Shown one piece after another: positions 1-10,037 of a stretch of 64,000 nt of DNA. Made by a program: the position numbers and the translations under genes. Source of the DNA: an uncultured SAR86 cluster bacterium (GTDB taxonomy: Bacteria > Pseudomonadota > Gammaproteobacteria > Magnimaribacterales > TMED112); the NCBI GenBank assembly GCA_902535365.1, contig CACATF010000001.1:248765-312764 (forward strand). The letters are read 5' to 3'. Numbering within the stretch: the stretch's first letter is position 1; every line of letters begins with the position of its first letter. The notes under the pieces are model-generated. The model had not been told where the DNA came from and searched no databases. It saw nothing but the letters and a program-made list of their open reading frames with translations.

Positions 1-2946
1 TCTGTTTAATACATCAATACTGTATCCAGCAGATAAGAATAACAGCCCAAAGATTGTTGTGACTGTTGTTAGCAGAACAGGCCTTAATCTGCTCATGCAG
101 GTCTCAGTTATGAGTTCTTCGGTTGTTTTCTTTGGGAAATCTAATTTCAATTTATTAAAAGTATCAATCAACACTATATTATTGTTAACGACTATCCCAG
201 CAAGACCCACAACTGCCGTACCAGTCATAATTGTCGATGGTTCAGACCCTGTTACAGTTAGGCCAAGATATACTCCTGCTGTGGAAAAAAGGACAGACAC
301 TAATATAACTAAAGGTTGAAGGATGCTGTTAAATTGGGTCACAAGAATTATGAACATTAAGAAAAGAGCTCCAACGAATGCCTGCAGAAGGAAAGTAGTG
401 GCTTCATCTCCTCTTTGAGTTAGACCTCCAAATTTAACTTCCATACCTGGTTCAATAAAGTTGGTTTCTTCCATCCAATTGCTTATTTTGCCAATCTCAA
501 CTCCAAGGTTATAGTCAGGTTTATTAATTCCAGTGATTTCGTAATAAAATCTGCCATCTCTTCTAACCAAGCTTGTTGTATTTGGTCTAGCTTCTACATC
601 AACAAAGCTTGAAATAGGAACAGCTCCATTTCTAGTATTTACAGTAATCTCATCGAGGCTTGATAAAGTTCTTTTATCCTTTTGAAATCTAGCTCTTATA
701 TCAATTTCTTCTTTTGAATCATCAGGTCGATATTCGCCAAGCTTTATCCCTGATGTCACCATCTGGATAGCAGCACCAATATCAAATAAGCTTATGCCTG
801 ATTGAAACGCTCTTTCTTTATCGACATCAACTTTCCACTCAATCTTATATTTTGGAAGACTATCATCAATGCCGGTGATACCTTCAATATTTGATTCAAT
901 ATATGCTCTAAGTTCTTTTGTTTTTCTTTCAATTTGAGATAAATCATCACTATAAAGCTCAATTTCTACAGGTGAGTTGAACTGTCCAGGACCGTCTTGA
1001 ACCTCTTTGATATTTATGTTGTAACCGACAACGTCTGCCACTGACTCTCTTAAAAGTCTGAGCACTTCCCATCCAGAAATATCAAGTGTTTTTGGATCTT
1101 CAACAATAATATATCCCCTGCCAACACCATCTCCACCTCCTCGGGATGCAGATCTTACATCCATGAATAATTCATCAACACCTTTGATATCAAGCATCTT
1201 TTCTTCTGCATCTAAAGCAAATTCTCTTGCTTCATATGGGGATAAGTTGCCCCGTGCTTGTATGTCCGCATTTATGATCCAAGGGTCAATACTAGGGAAG
1301 TAAACAGAGTCCTTTCCATAGTTATTAACAATCCCGCTTGGACCTAAAATTAAAAACATTATTCCGAATGTGTAAGCAATTGTCTCTAGAGGGTTTCTTG
1401 ATGCAAAACCAATAGCTTTTCTATAGCCATTTTTTAATGGAGTATTTTCGTTGTCATTCTTTGCATCGTTTGACTTCTTCCTTCTTCCTAACAGTGAGCC
1501 TATTGCAGGGGCAAAAATAAGTGCATATGCCAGTGATGCCGCCAGAACTGCAAATACAGTTATTGGCAAGTACCTCATAAATTTACCTGATACACCAGGC
1601 CAAATCATAAGAGGTGAAAAAGCAGCCAATGTTGTAAGAACTGAAGCAAATACTGGAGCAAACATTCTTTGCGCCGCATTCATGTAAGCTTCTTTTCTCG
1701 TTTGACCCTCATCAATTAATTTATCTGCATATTCAACTACAACAATAGCTCCATCAATGAGCATGCCAAGTCCCAGCAACATGCCAAACATGACAAGGAA
1801 ATTAAACTCAAAGCCCATGAAGTACCACAGCACCCCAAAGGCAGTTAAAAATGAGAACGGTATCGCTATACCAACAATTAAACCATTTCTAAGTCCTAAT
1901 GCCGCAACAACAAGCAACATAACTAGGATCACTGCTGTAATGATATTGCCCTGCAGCTCGCTCACCATATCTGCAGCAAACTTCGTAGTATCAAGTCCTG
2001 GTGTTATAACCAATGAATCTGGGTATTCACTCTCTATAAGTGCTACTTCATTCTTCACAGCATTTGCAATATCAAGCTCATTAAAACCGACACGTTTGGT
2101 AATGTTTAGCGAAATTGAATCAAATCCATTGACTCTGGAGAAAGATGTAGGATCTTTGAATGTACGTTTTATATCTGCAACATCACCCAGGGTAACTACT
2201 TTTGACCCAGATGCCTTGATTGGTAAATTAAATACGTCTTGTCTTGTCTCAAAAATACTTGGAATTTCAACTGCAAACTTTCCAGACCCAGTATCTTGAA
2301 AGCCTGCTGGTATAAGAACATTATTATTCCTAACTGCTCCTGCTATTTCTCCAAGACTTACTCCCAAGCTTTCTAGCTTAGATTTTGAAACCTCAACTTC
2401 AAGAAGTTCCTCTGGGACACCACCAATTTCAACGCCCAATACTCCCGGTATTTTTTCAAATCGTTCTTGTATATCTTTGGCTATTGAGTAGCCAATTCTC
2501 AGGTTTGAAAACCCATACAAACTATAGACAAGTATAGGCATATCATTATCAGCTGCTTCACTTACCACAGGATCTTCAGCTTCAGGTGGTAGTTGATTTC
2601 TAACTTCACTTACTGCTCTTTCTACGTCCAATAAGGCTTGATCGATGTCATAGTCAACATCATATTGAATCTGCAGTGTTGTAAAGCTTTGAGAGTTTGT
2701 TGATCTAACTTCCTCAGCGCCTTCAAGTCTTAGAAATCTATTTTCCATTGGTTTGGCAACCAATCTAGACATATCTTCCGGAGATGCTCCTTCAAGAAAA
2801 ACACTTACAAAAACCCACGGGAAAGTAATATTTGGGTTGGAAGCAATTGGCATTGCTGCTCTTCCAAGTGAGCCCATTATCACAAGGAACACCATAATTA
2901 ATAGTGTTGTTCTAAATTTGCCTACTGCTGTTGAAACAATACCCAT
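1..2946 (-). CDS. RND efflux transporter permease subunit (AcrB/AcrD/AcrF family), 3' end runs off the window
   Basis: Not in the ORF track. Minus-strand ATG at 2946 reads MGIVSTAVGKFRTTLLIMVFLVIMGSLGRAAMPIASNPNITFPWVFVSVFLEGASPEDMSRLVAKPME, a typical AcrB N-terminus; TM4 motif GLGMLIDGAIVVVE near 1735-1775; follows the MFP gene. Confidence 0.93.
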   Translation of the reverse strand, partial: MGIVSTAVGKFRTTLLIMVFLVIMGSLGRAAMPIASNPNITFPWVFVSVFLEGASPEDMSRLVAKPMENRFLRLEGAEEVRSTNSQSFTTLQIQYDVDYDIDQALLDVERAVSEVRNQLPPEAEDPVVSEAADNDMPILVYSLYGFSNLRIGYSIAKDIQERFEKIPGVLGVEIGGVPEELLEVEVSKSKLESLGVSLGEIAGAVRNNNVLIPAGFQDTGSGKFAVEIPSIFETRQDVFNLPIKASGSKVVTLGDVADIKRTFKDPTSFSRVNGFDSISLNITKRVGFNELDIANAVKNEVALIESEYPDSLVITPGLDTTKFAADMVSELQGNIITAVILVMLLVVAALGLRNGLIVGIAIPFSFLTAFGVLWYFMGFEFNFLVMFGMLLGLGMLIDGAIVVVEYADKLIDEGQTRKEAYMNAAQRMFAPVFASVLTTLAAFSPLMIWPGVSGKFMRYLPITVFAVLAASLAYALIFAPAIGSLLGRRKKSNDAKNDNENTPLKNGYRKAIGFASRNPLETIAYTFGIMFLILGPSGIVNNYGKDSVYFPSIDPWIINADIQARGNLSPYEAREFALDAEEKMLDIKGVDELFMDVRSASRGGGDGVGRGYIIVEDPKTLDISGWEVLRLLRESVADVVGYNINIKEVQDGPGQFNSPVEIELYSDDLSQIERKTKELRAYIESNIEGITGIDDSLPKYKIEWKVDVDKERAFQSGISLFDIGAAIQMVTSGIKLGEYRPDDSKEEIDIRARFQKDKRTLSSLDEITVNTRNGAVPISSFVDVEARPNTTSLVRRDGRFYYEITGINKPDYNLGVEIGKISNWMEETNFIEPGMEVKFGGLTQRGDEATTFLLQAFVGALFLMFIILVTQFNSILQPLVILVSVLFSTAGVYLGLTVTGSEPSTIMTGTAVVGLAGIVVNNNIVLIDTFNKLKLDFPKKTTEELITETCMSRLRPVLLTTVTTIFGLLFLSAGYSIDVLNR

Positions 2947-2949
2947 AAT

Positions 2950-3948
2950 CTATCGTGAAACAGAATTTACTTCCTCTCCCTCTTTAACAAACCCTTGTCC
3001 AGCAACAACAATGTTGGCTTCTTCAGGCAAGCCAGTTACCCATGCACCAGCCACCGTATCTATTAAGATTTGGACCGTATAAATTCTAATCACACTGTTC
3101 AGCACAGTTGCCAAAGCAACATCACCATTATCTGCCAGAAGAAAGGCAGAAGTTGGAATGAAATGAGCTTTTTGACTATCTGTAAAAATTGTCATTTCTC
3201 CTGTCAAGCCATCTTTAACAGAGCTTTGCTCATTCGGTAATTCAGACTCAACTCTAAATGTTCTTGTTTGCGAATCAGCAGTGGATGCTACAAAAGTAAC
3301 AGCAGTTTCAAATTCCTCTCCTGAAATCAATTTAATTTTAACTGGTTGTCCTGGTTTTATTTTTGAAACCACAAGTTCAGAAACATTTCCAACGATTTTC
3401 AAAGGTGAAAGAGAAACCAGTGAGGCACAGATCTGTCCATTTTGAAGAAGTTGCCCCTCTTTTGCTAAATTATCAACAAAGCCACCAAAGGGCGCTGCAA
3501 TATTTGTTCGTTCGAGAGCAATGCGAGCTTGTTCAAAAGTTGTTTCTGCTGCCACTAATGATGATTGAGATGAAAGACCCTTTTTACTCAATTCTTTTGC
3601 AGAATTGAATCCAATTTCAGCTCTTTTAAAGTTTGCTAACCGTTCGCCTGAATCAAGCTTGCAAATTACCTCACCCTCGTTGACATAATCACCATCTTTG
3701 AAACCAATATTGACTACTTTCTCAGAGGTTTGTGATCTGATATCGACTTTTGAGAATGCCTTAGTTTCGCTTTTAACATTGATTGGTAAACTGAAATCAC
3801 TTGCAACTGATTCATTTACAACAACTGTCTGAATTTCTTTTGCTAGAACTTGAGGCTTTTCAGGTTGTGGAGCGAAATAACCCTGTATCCAGTAAAGAAC
3901 TACGATCGATAAAAGTAGTGCTGATGCCCTTAAATTTTTTTTATTCAT
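2950..3948 (-). CDS. RND efflux periplasmic adaptor (membrane fusion protein)
   Basis: N-terminal TM anchor, lipoyl-like half motifs (GDYVNEGEVICKLD, IAAPFGG), ADSQTRTFRVE; adjacent to RND permease. Confidence 0.92.
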   Translation of the reverse strand: MNKKNLRASALLLSIVVLYWIQGYFAPQPEKPQVLAKEIQTVVVNESVASDFSLPINVKSETKAFSKVDIRSQTSEKVVNIGFKDGDYVNEGEVICKLDSGERLANFKRAEIGFNSAKELSKKGLSSQSSLVAAETTFEQARIALERTNIAAPFGGFVDNLAKEGQLLQNGQICASLVSLSPLKIVGNVSELVVSKIKPGQPVKIKLISGEEFETAVTFVASTADSQTRTFRVESELPNEQSSVKDGLTGEMTIFTDSQKAHFIPTSAFLLADNGDVALATVLNSVIRIYTVQILIDTVAGAWVTGLPEEANIVVAGQGFVKEGEEVNSVSR

Positions 3949-3949
3949 T

Positions 3950-4768
3950 TTAAATCTTATATTTGTTTCTTAATTTTGATAACGCTGCATTATCACCTTT
4001 GTTTTCAGCCGTACCAGTCTCATCGTATGGGTTATAAAAGTCAAATTTTTGTGTATGTTCTTTTGATACATCTTCAAGGGTAAAGTTCGATTTTCTTTTG
4101 ATAAAATCAAGAAACTTTACATCCCACGACACGAATGCTCTGCCATCTTCCTTCCAATACAGGATAAATTCTGGCAAATATTGATCAACAAACTCCTTCT
4201 CTATGCCAGTCATTTGAATAATATCCATACAATCATCAGATGGGTACCAGCCACTATCAATGGTTGAAGGCTCATTTTTGGTGTGTATTTCAGCAGAATG
4301 TTGAGCCCATTTTAATCGGACATGCTCAATAAATTTTGAATTATAGGAGACCAATGTGCCTGGTCTCTCAGTCCAATAAACAATAAATTCTGGAATGAGC
4401 TCATTAATAAAATCCTCATTAATACCTGAACGAGTTAATATTTCGACAACATCTTCAGAAGGTTGCCAAGTGTTATCGATATTGGCTCGAGACGTTGTTT
4501 TATTGTTAATTTGCAAGACCTTTGATTTTGCATTTGATTCTTTAGAGATTCTTTTCTTATCAAGATCTACGTTTAATAGCCCTTTTTGATGTAAATCTAA
4601 GAGATGTGAAACTAAATCTGTCTCTGTCCAGAAGGGAAGTCCAGAAAAAACTTTTTCAAGCTTAATATAAGTTGCAGTTTCATTATCTTTGACCCATTGA
4701 AGAATAATTGCGCCTTCAATCCCAACTGATTCTGCAATCTCTTTTTCAAATTTATAATACTTATCCAA
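3950..4768 (-). CDS. DnaT-like ssDNA-binding domain protein (two tandem domains, N-terminal wHTH-like region)
   Basis: Internal repeat W.PS.D....L...GI...F....PEFI.YW...... KF occurs twice, resembling the DnaT DNA-binding domain. Confidence 0.65.
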   Translation of the reverse strand: MDKYYKFEKEIAESVGIEGAIILQWVKDNETATYIKLEKVFSGLPFWTETDLVSHLLDLHQKGLLNVDLDKKRISKESNAKSKVLQINNKTTSRANIDNTWQPSEDVVEILTRSGINEDFINELIPEFIVYWTERPGTLVSYNSKFIEHVRLKWAQHSAEIHTKNEPSTIDSGWYPSDDCMDIIQMTGIEKEFVDQYLPEFILYWKEDGRAFVSWDVKFLDFIKRKSNFTLEDVSKEHTQKFDFYNPYDETGTAENKGDNAALSKLRNKYKI

Positions 4769-5813
4769 TTTCTCTTCTTTGTTTTACTGACTGTGATAAG
4801 TTCAAAAGCAGTTCTTTTGTTTCATCCCAACAAATACATGCATCTGTAATGCTCTTTCCATACTCAAGTTCATCTGAAATCTTTTGATTGCCTGCTTTTA
4901 AATGGCTCTCAATCATTACTCCGGCAATATGTTTGTTACCTTCAGCTATTTGCTTACATACTGAATCACAAACGACTTTTTGATTTTCATGATTTTTCTT
5001 ACTGTTACCATGACTAAAATCAATCATTATGTTTTTATTTATCTCAGATGCATCTAGTTTCTCTATACATGCATTTACATCTTCTTTCTCATAATTTGGT
5101 TCTTTACCACCTCTAAGTATTATGTGTGTGTCATCGTTACCAGATGTTTTAAAGATGGCAACTTTCCCTTGTTTAGTGGTTCCTAAAAAGACATGTTGAT
5201 ATTGGGCTGATTTAATTGCATCTACGGCTACTTTCACATCACCATTAGTGGAATTTTTGATACCTATCGGACAGGATAAACCAGATGTAAGTTCTCTATG
5301 AACTTGGCTTTCAGCAGTTCTTGCACCAATGGCTCCCCAACTCACTAAATCTGAAACATATTGAGGTGATATTAAATCAAGAAATTCTGTGCCAGTAGGC
5401 AGGCCTATATCAGCAATGTCCTTGAGCAGTTTTCTTGAAATTCTTAAACCTTCATTGATTTTGAATGAGTTATCTATTCTTGGATCATTAATCAATCCTT
5501 TCCATCCAATTGTTGTGCGTGGTTTTTCAAAATAAACACGCATCACAATTACTATTTCATTTTCAACTTGGGTAGAAAACTCTTTCAACAGCTTTGCGTA
5601 CTCAATTGCAGATGCTGGGTCATGAATAGAACATGGACCAACTATCGCAATAATTCGATCGTCAAGGTTATGTAAGACTCTGCTAATGTTACGTCTAGCT
5701 CCAAAAATCAGCTTGGAAGATTCCTTATCAAGGGGGATTTCTTTTGTTATTTCTTCAGGTGTAGATAGCTCTTCACGAGAGAGAATTCTGCTGTTGTCTG
5801 TTATGTACATCAT
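4761..5813 (-). CDS. aroG: 3-deoxy-7-phosphoheptulonate (DAHP) synthase, class I
   Basis: GPCSIHD, MRVYFEKPRTTIGWKGLINDP, GAIGART, DFSHGNS and YGKSITDAC motifs; start moved to ATG 5813. Confidence 0.93.
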   Translation of the reverse strand: MMYITDNSRILSREELSTPEEITKEIPLDKESSKLIFGARRNISRVLHNLDDRIIAIVGPCSIHDPASAIEYAKLLKEFSTQVENEIVIVMRVYFEKPRTTIGWKGLINDPRIDNSFKINEGLRISRKLLKDIADIGLPTGTEFLDLISPQYVSDLVSWGAIGARTAESQVHRELTSGLSCPIGIKNSTNGDVKVAVDAIKSAQYQHVFLGTTKQGKVAIFKTSGNDDTHIILRGGKEPNYEKEDVNACIEKLDASEINKNIMIDFSHGNSKKNHENQKVVCDSVCKQIAEGNKHIAGVMIESHLKAGNQKISDELEYGKSITDACICWDETKELLLNLSQSVKQRREIG

Positions 5814-5908
5814 TTTTAAAATTTGAGCAGTCAATTTTACAACATAGTCACCCAAGTTATTAGCAAAATTTGGAAAGAAACAATATAAAAAAAACTATTG
5901 TGTTAAAA

Positions 5909-5956
5909 ACACAATATTTAGTATTTATTTTCATTTTTGGCTACAATATCTAGTGT
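5909..5956. promoter_or_regulatory. Tandem putative NrdR boxes overlapping the scpA promoter
   Basis: acacaatatttagtat (5909-5924) and ctacaatatctagtgt (5941-5956), 32 bp apart, match the acaCwAtATaTwGtgt consensus; the second contains -10 TACAAT. Confidence 0.55.
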
Positions 5957-6754
5957 ATGTCAGCATTACAAGAAATTGAGCTTCCGAAGGTAAAAGGGAA
6001 TCCAGTCGACCAATTACCTGAAAATTTGTATGTGCCTCCAAAAGCATTGTTGCTTTTGCTAGATGTATTTTCGGGCCCGATGGATTTCTTGTTATACCTA
6101 ATACAAAGAAAAAACCTAGATATTTTAGAAGTTAATCTTGTAGAAATTACTGATCAATACATTGCTTATATCGAATTAATGGATGATTTTGAGTATGAGC
6201 TTGCTGGTGATTATTTAGCAATGGCAGCTTATCTTGCAGAAATTAAATCCAGAATCCTTCTGCCAAGAGAGGAAGAAAATGAAGATGAAGAATCAGATCC
6301 AAAAGCAGAGCTCATAAGACGTTTGCAAGAATATAAAAGATTTAAAGAAGCTTCGATTACACTTGATGAGCTTCCTCGTATTGATAGGGATATTTTTTCA
6401 GCAAACGCAAAAATGCCTGAGTTTGAGCTTCCAAAACCTAAAAACAACTACAACAAAAATGATTTAGCTTTTGCATTGCAGTCAATGCTTGATGAAATGG
6501 TTCGTCTTTCAAGCCACAAAGTTAAGCTTGAAAATATTACCGTAGAGGCAAAAATGAAACTATTGCTAGACAGTCTTAAGGAAAGGGATTTTATTTCCTT
6601 GCCAGAATTAATTCTCAAGGGGGAGTCCAAGCTTGCAGTGTCTGTCATACTTTCGGCTGCATTGGAATTGAATAGAAAAGGTTATGTGGAAATTGTTCAA
6701 GCCGAACAATTTGGAGAGATTTATTTTAAAAGCTCAGAGGAGGTAGTTCACTAA
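5957..6754 (+). CDS. scpA: Segregation and condensation protein A (SMC kleisin)
   Basis: FSGPMDFLLYLI, DYLAMAAYLAEIKSRILLP, DPKAELIRRLQEY, Q.EQFGEI. Confidence 0.95.
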   Translation: MSALQEIELPKVKGNPVDQLPENLYVPPKALLLLLDVFSGPMDFLLYLIQRKNLDILEVNLVEITDQYIAYIELMDDFEYELAGDYLAMAAYLAEIKSRILLPREEENEDEESDPKAELIRRLQEYKRFKEASITLDELPRIDRDIFSANAKMPEFELPKPKNNYNKNDLAFALQSMLDEMVRLSSHKVKLENITVEAKMKLLLDSLKERDFISLPELILKGESKLAVSVILSAALELNRKGYVEIVQAEQFGEIYFKSSEEVVH

Positions 6755-7335
6755 TGGAACTAAAAAATAGAATTGAGGCAATACTTCTTGCAGCAAATAG
6801 AGCATTAACACTCAAAGACATATGTGAGCTACTTGAAATTGATAATAGTGAACATGAATCTGAGGTTATGAATTCAATATATAAGCTAAAGGATGAGTTT
6901 GCTGATAAACCTTATGACCTGGTTGAAGTTTCAAGCGGGTACCGTGTGCAAATACATCATGATTTTGCTGTAGATATAGCAAAACTTTGGGAAGTTAAGC
7001 CATTGAGGCTTTCAAGAGCAACTTTGGAAACTCTCTCCATTATTACTTACATGCAACCAGTAACCAGGGGTGATATTGAGGACATTAGAGGGGTTAATGT
7101 AGCTACGAATGTTATTAAACTATTGCTTGATCAGGGATGGATTAAAATTAAAGGCTATAGAGATGTGCCGGGTAGACCAGCACTTTTCATTACCACACAA
7201 AAATTCCTTGATGATTTTGCAATGAAAACTCTATCTGATTTACCAGAGCTGCCAGATTTGCCTGAGATTGAATCAATTACACCAGAACTTTCCCTGCAAA
7301 ATGAACCAGCAGAGCAAGAAGCTCCAAAATCCTAA
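6754..7335 (+). CDS. scpB: SMC-Scp complex subunit ScpB
   Basis: LSRATLETLSII.YMQPVTRGDIEDIRGV, DVPGRPALF.TT..FLDDF....LSDLP. Confidence 0.96.
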   Translation: MELKNRIEAILLAANRALTLKDICELLEIDNSEHESEVMNSIYKLKDEFADKPYDLVEVSSGYRVQIHHDFAVDIAKLWEVKPLRLSRATLETLSIITYMQPVTRGDIEDIRGVNVATNVIKLLLDQGWIKIKGYRDVPGRPALFITTQKFLDDFAMKTLSDLPELPDLPEIESITPELSLQNEPAEQEAPKS

Positions 7336-8068
7336 GGAAAAAGTTTCCAAATACCTTGCAAATATTGGTTTTGCATCAAGAAGAGGTATTGCAAACTTAT
7401 TCAGCGAAAAAACAATATTGCTGAATGGAAAAAAAGCGAAACAAACAGATCTTCTGACAGATGGCGATACCCTAACTATTGATGGTGAAGATCATATTGT
7501 TGACTTAAACCCTGAAACTGAAGTTCTTATATATCATAAGCCGACTGGGCAAGTCTGCTCAAATGTGCCGACAGAAAAAAATGATAGTGTTTTCAGCCAC
7601 ATACCCCCACGCAAAAAAGGCAAATGGATCATGGTGGGCCGTCTAGATGTAAATACTTCAGGTTTGTTAGTGTTTTCTAACAACGGTGATTTTGTGAATT
7701 TTCTATCTCATCCAAGCAGCAGAATTGATAGAGAATACCTGTGCAGAGTCTATGGAGACATCACAGATAAAAAAATTGAAAACGTTATGAAAGGCGTGAA
7801 TATCAATGGAGAAAAATCTTCTTTTTCAGACGTAGTGGCTGTAAAAAAGATTTCAAAATCAAAAAACCATTGGTTCTATGTTTGTTTATTTACTGGAAAG
7901 AATAGAGAAGTTAGAAAGATTTGGAGTTCCCAAAAATTAACTGTAAATAGACTAATGCGATTGAGATATGGGCCAATAATTATGCCAGAAAACTTAAAAC
8001 CAGGCGGGTGGAAAAAGTTTTCAAAAAATGAAGTTAATAAATTGCAAAACTTATTAAAAGTTCAATAA
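7301..8068 (+). CDS. rluB: 23S rRNA pseudouridine synthase (RluB/RsuA family)
   Basis: S4 domain (SRRG), GRLDVNTSGLL catalytic motif, GKNREVRK; conserved position after scpB. Confidence 0.88.
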   Translation: MNQQSKKLQNPKEKVSKYLANIGFASRRGIANLFSEKTILLNGKKAKQTDLLTDGDTLTIDGEDHIVDLNPETEVLIYHKPTGQVCSNVPTEKNDSVFSHIPPRKKGKWIMVGRLDVNTSGLLVFSNNGDFVNFLSHPSSRIDREYLCRVYGDITDKKIENVMKGVNINGEKSSFSDVVAVKKISKSKNHWFYVCLFTGKNREVRKIWSSQKLTVNRLMRLRYGPIIMPENLKPGGWKKFSKNEVNKLQNLLKVQ

Positions 8069-9069
8069 ATTTTTATTTCTGCAACAACAGGAAAGTGGTC
8101 GGACACACCATAAAGACCTTTTGCATTGAAACGTAATGGACTTCCATTATCTCTTGTTTGAATATCAGCTGTAATTATCTCAACACTGTCCTTAGTAAAT
8201 TTTGAATTTCTATTTTTTTTGAGCATTACTGCATCAAGAAAAGACCATCTATCATCTTGGAAGTAATAATTTGTGCCTTTGCATCCCGCACATTGATCTA
8301 AATGCGAAATATACCAATTTTTATTAAGTTTTCCATACAGATTCGCTTCAGCATCTTCAAGAGAGGTTATATTAAAATCGCCAAGGGCAATGTTTACTCT
8401 ATCATTGCTTGCTGATAGCTGGTTGAGAGTCGCCAAAGCATCTACCCTCATAAATCTTGGGTTGTAAGGAGCAGGAAAGTGAACATTGAAGATTGAAATT
8501 TCCTTATTACCAACATTAAAAACGCCTTCAAGGATTGGGCGAGTATCTCCTATCTGTTCTTTAGTGCCTCCAGTAAATTTTATGGGGTGTAGCTGAGAGC
8601 TGAGGATTTCATATTTTGAAATGAATGCATTATCTATGCCTCGTTTATCATTCCCTTCCACAAGAGCATAATATTTATAACCATGCGGCTCTAGAAGCTC
8701 AAAGAGACGTTTGAGAATGTTTAGATTTTCTATTTCTTGGAACCCAATTATGTCAGGACCGTGATCATTGAAAGAGAGGATGACTTCTGCTGTTGCGTTG
8801 AGCTTGTAGTTAATTACCTCATCATTCCAGTCCATTTGTAAGCAATCATCTCTCCATCTTTGATATCTCAATTTATTGCAATTGTTGATATGTGTCTTAG
8901 ATGTTTTCATTGAAACTGGTAGGTAAGTTTCATCTTCTTTGTTGGGATCATCTAAATTGTCGAACATATTTTCGACATTAAATGTCATAACGGTAAATGT
9001 CTTGGCAGCCAAGTTATCAGATGAAAGCAATGCAAAAAATATGAAAAATGTTTTTAGAAATTTACTCAT
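8062..9069 (-). CDS. Secreted endonuclease/exonuclease/phosphatase family protein
   Basis: Signal peptide; MTFNVENMFD, GFQEIEN, D.RGID, GDFN and SDHFPV EEP motifs. Confidence 0.88.
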   Translation of the reverse strand: MSKFLKTFFIFFALLSSDNLAAKTFTVMTFNVENMFDNLDDPNKEDETYLPVSMKTSKTHINNCNKLRYQRWRDDCLQMDWNDEVINYKLNATAEVILSFNDHGPDIIGFQEIENLNILKRLFELLEPHGYKYYALVEGNDKRGIDNAFISKYEILSSQLHPIKFTGGTKEQIGDTRPILEGVFNVGNKEISIFNVHFPAPYNPRFMRVDALATLNQLSASNDRVNIALGDFNITSLEDAEANLYGKLNKNWYISHLDQCAGCKGTNYYFQDDRWSFLDAVMLKKNRNSKFTKDSVEIITADIQTRDNGSPLRFNAKGLYGVSDHFPVVAEIKIY

Positions 9070-9301
9070 GTTCTATTTTCCACTCTGTAATTGTATCCGA
9101 TCTTATATCACGCCATGCATTCTTATCTAATGACCAAACCATTATGGTATCGCTGGTAGAATCAACATTTAGTGGATTAGTTACATTTGGAATCAGTTCA
9201 GGGTTAAGAGTTGATGGCATTACGCGAATTTCACCTGAATCTATCTTTCTAAATGAAATGATTACGACCCCTTTTTTAAGCGCTTCAATAAGTTTATTCA
9301 T
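9062..9301 (-). CDS. Small SH3/Sm-like beta-barrel protein (WYL_2/DUF2693-like)
   Basis: L..GVV.I.F.K..GE.R.M..TL....IP......VW.LDK..WR..R.D pattern; overlaps both neighbours in operon fashion. Confidence 0.6.
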   Translation of the reverse strand: MNKLIEALKKGVVIISFRKIDSGEIRVMPSTLNPELIPNVTNPLNVDSTSDTIMVWSLDKNAWRDIRSDTITEWKIEHE

Positions 9302-10037
9302 GATAATCAAACATAATACCAGTTTCAGTGCAGTTATCAGAGAGCAACCATAGATAATCAGATGAAATTTCAGCAGGTGTTTTTAGAGACGCTGGATCCT
9401 CAGCAGGAAATGCTTGTGCTCGCATGTTTGTTCTTGTTGGGCCAGGATTGTAAGAATTTATTCGCATATCATTTTCGTACTCATCAGCAAGGCATTGCAT
9501 GAGGCCTTCAACAGCAAATTTAGATATGGAATAACTTGTCCAAAAAGCTCTACCTTTTCTTCCAACACCAGAAGAAGTAAACACTACAGATGGATTATCC
9601 GATTGAAAAAGTAGCGGCAGTAAAAGTTGAGTTAAAAGAAAGTTGCTTTCAAAATTTATTTCCATTACAGATTTAAGTTGTTGCAAAGAAGTATTTATCA
9701 ACGGTGATAAGTAACCGAGCACGCCTGCGATGTGAGCAACACCATCAATACGATCATAGTTTTCATATAAGCTATCAGCTAATTGTTTGTAGTCTTTTTC
9801 TTTAGCTTTAGTGAAATCAAATTCTACAACAAGGGGTTCGATATTATTGTTTTGGACTATTTCATCTTGCAAGGCATACAATTTGTGAACATCTTTTGAT
9901 AACAAAATAAGATTTGCGCCTGCTTTTGCAGCATCGAGGGCAACTTGTTTTCCAATGCCTGAACCTGCACCAGTAATCAAGATGTTTTTACCTTTCAAGG
10001 TATCAGCATGGAACTCAAAATCTGGAACTTTCTTCAT
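9294..10037 (-). CDS. yciK: YciK family short-chain oxidoreductase
   Basis: TGAGSGIG, FTSSGVGRKGRAFW..YSISKFA, NPGPTRTNMRAQAFPAEDP; ubiG-gph-yciK synteny. Confidence 0.9.
   Translation of the reverse strand: MKKVPDFEFHADTLKGKNILITGAGSGIGKQVALDAAKAGANLILLSKDVHKLYALQDEIVQNNNIEPLVVEFDFTKAKEKDYKQLADSLYENYDRIDGVAHIAGVLGYLSPLINTSLQQLKSVMEINFESNFLLTQLLLPLLFQSDNPSVVFTSSGVGRKGRAFWTSYSISKFAVEGLMQCLADEYENDMRINSYNPGPTRTNMRAQAFPAEDPASLKTPAEISSDYLWLLSDNCTETGIMFDYHE

Noticed and set aside
59-3608. Plus-strand ORFs (59-319, 1451-1687, 1757-2299, 2753-3082, 3363-3608)
   Set aside because: Antisense shadows of the RND permease and MFP genes with no recognisable motifs; the same applies to other short antisense ORFs in the track, such as 19329-19874 and 59339-59968.
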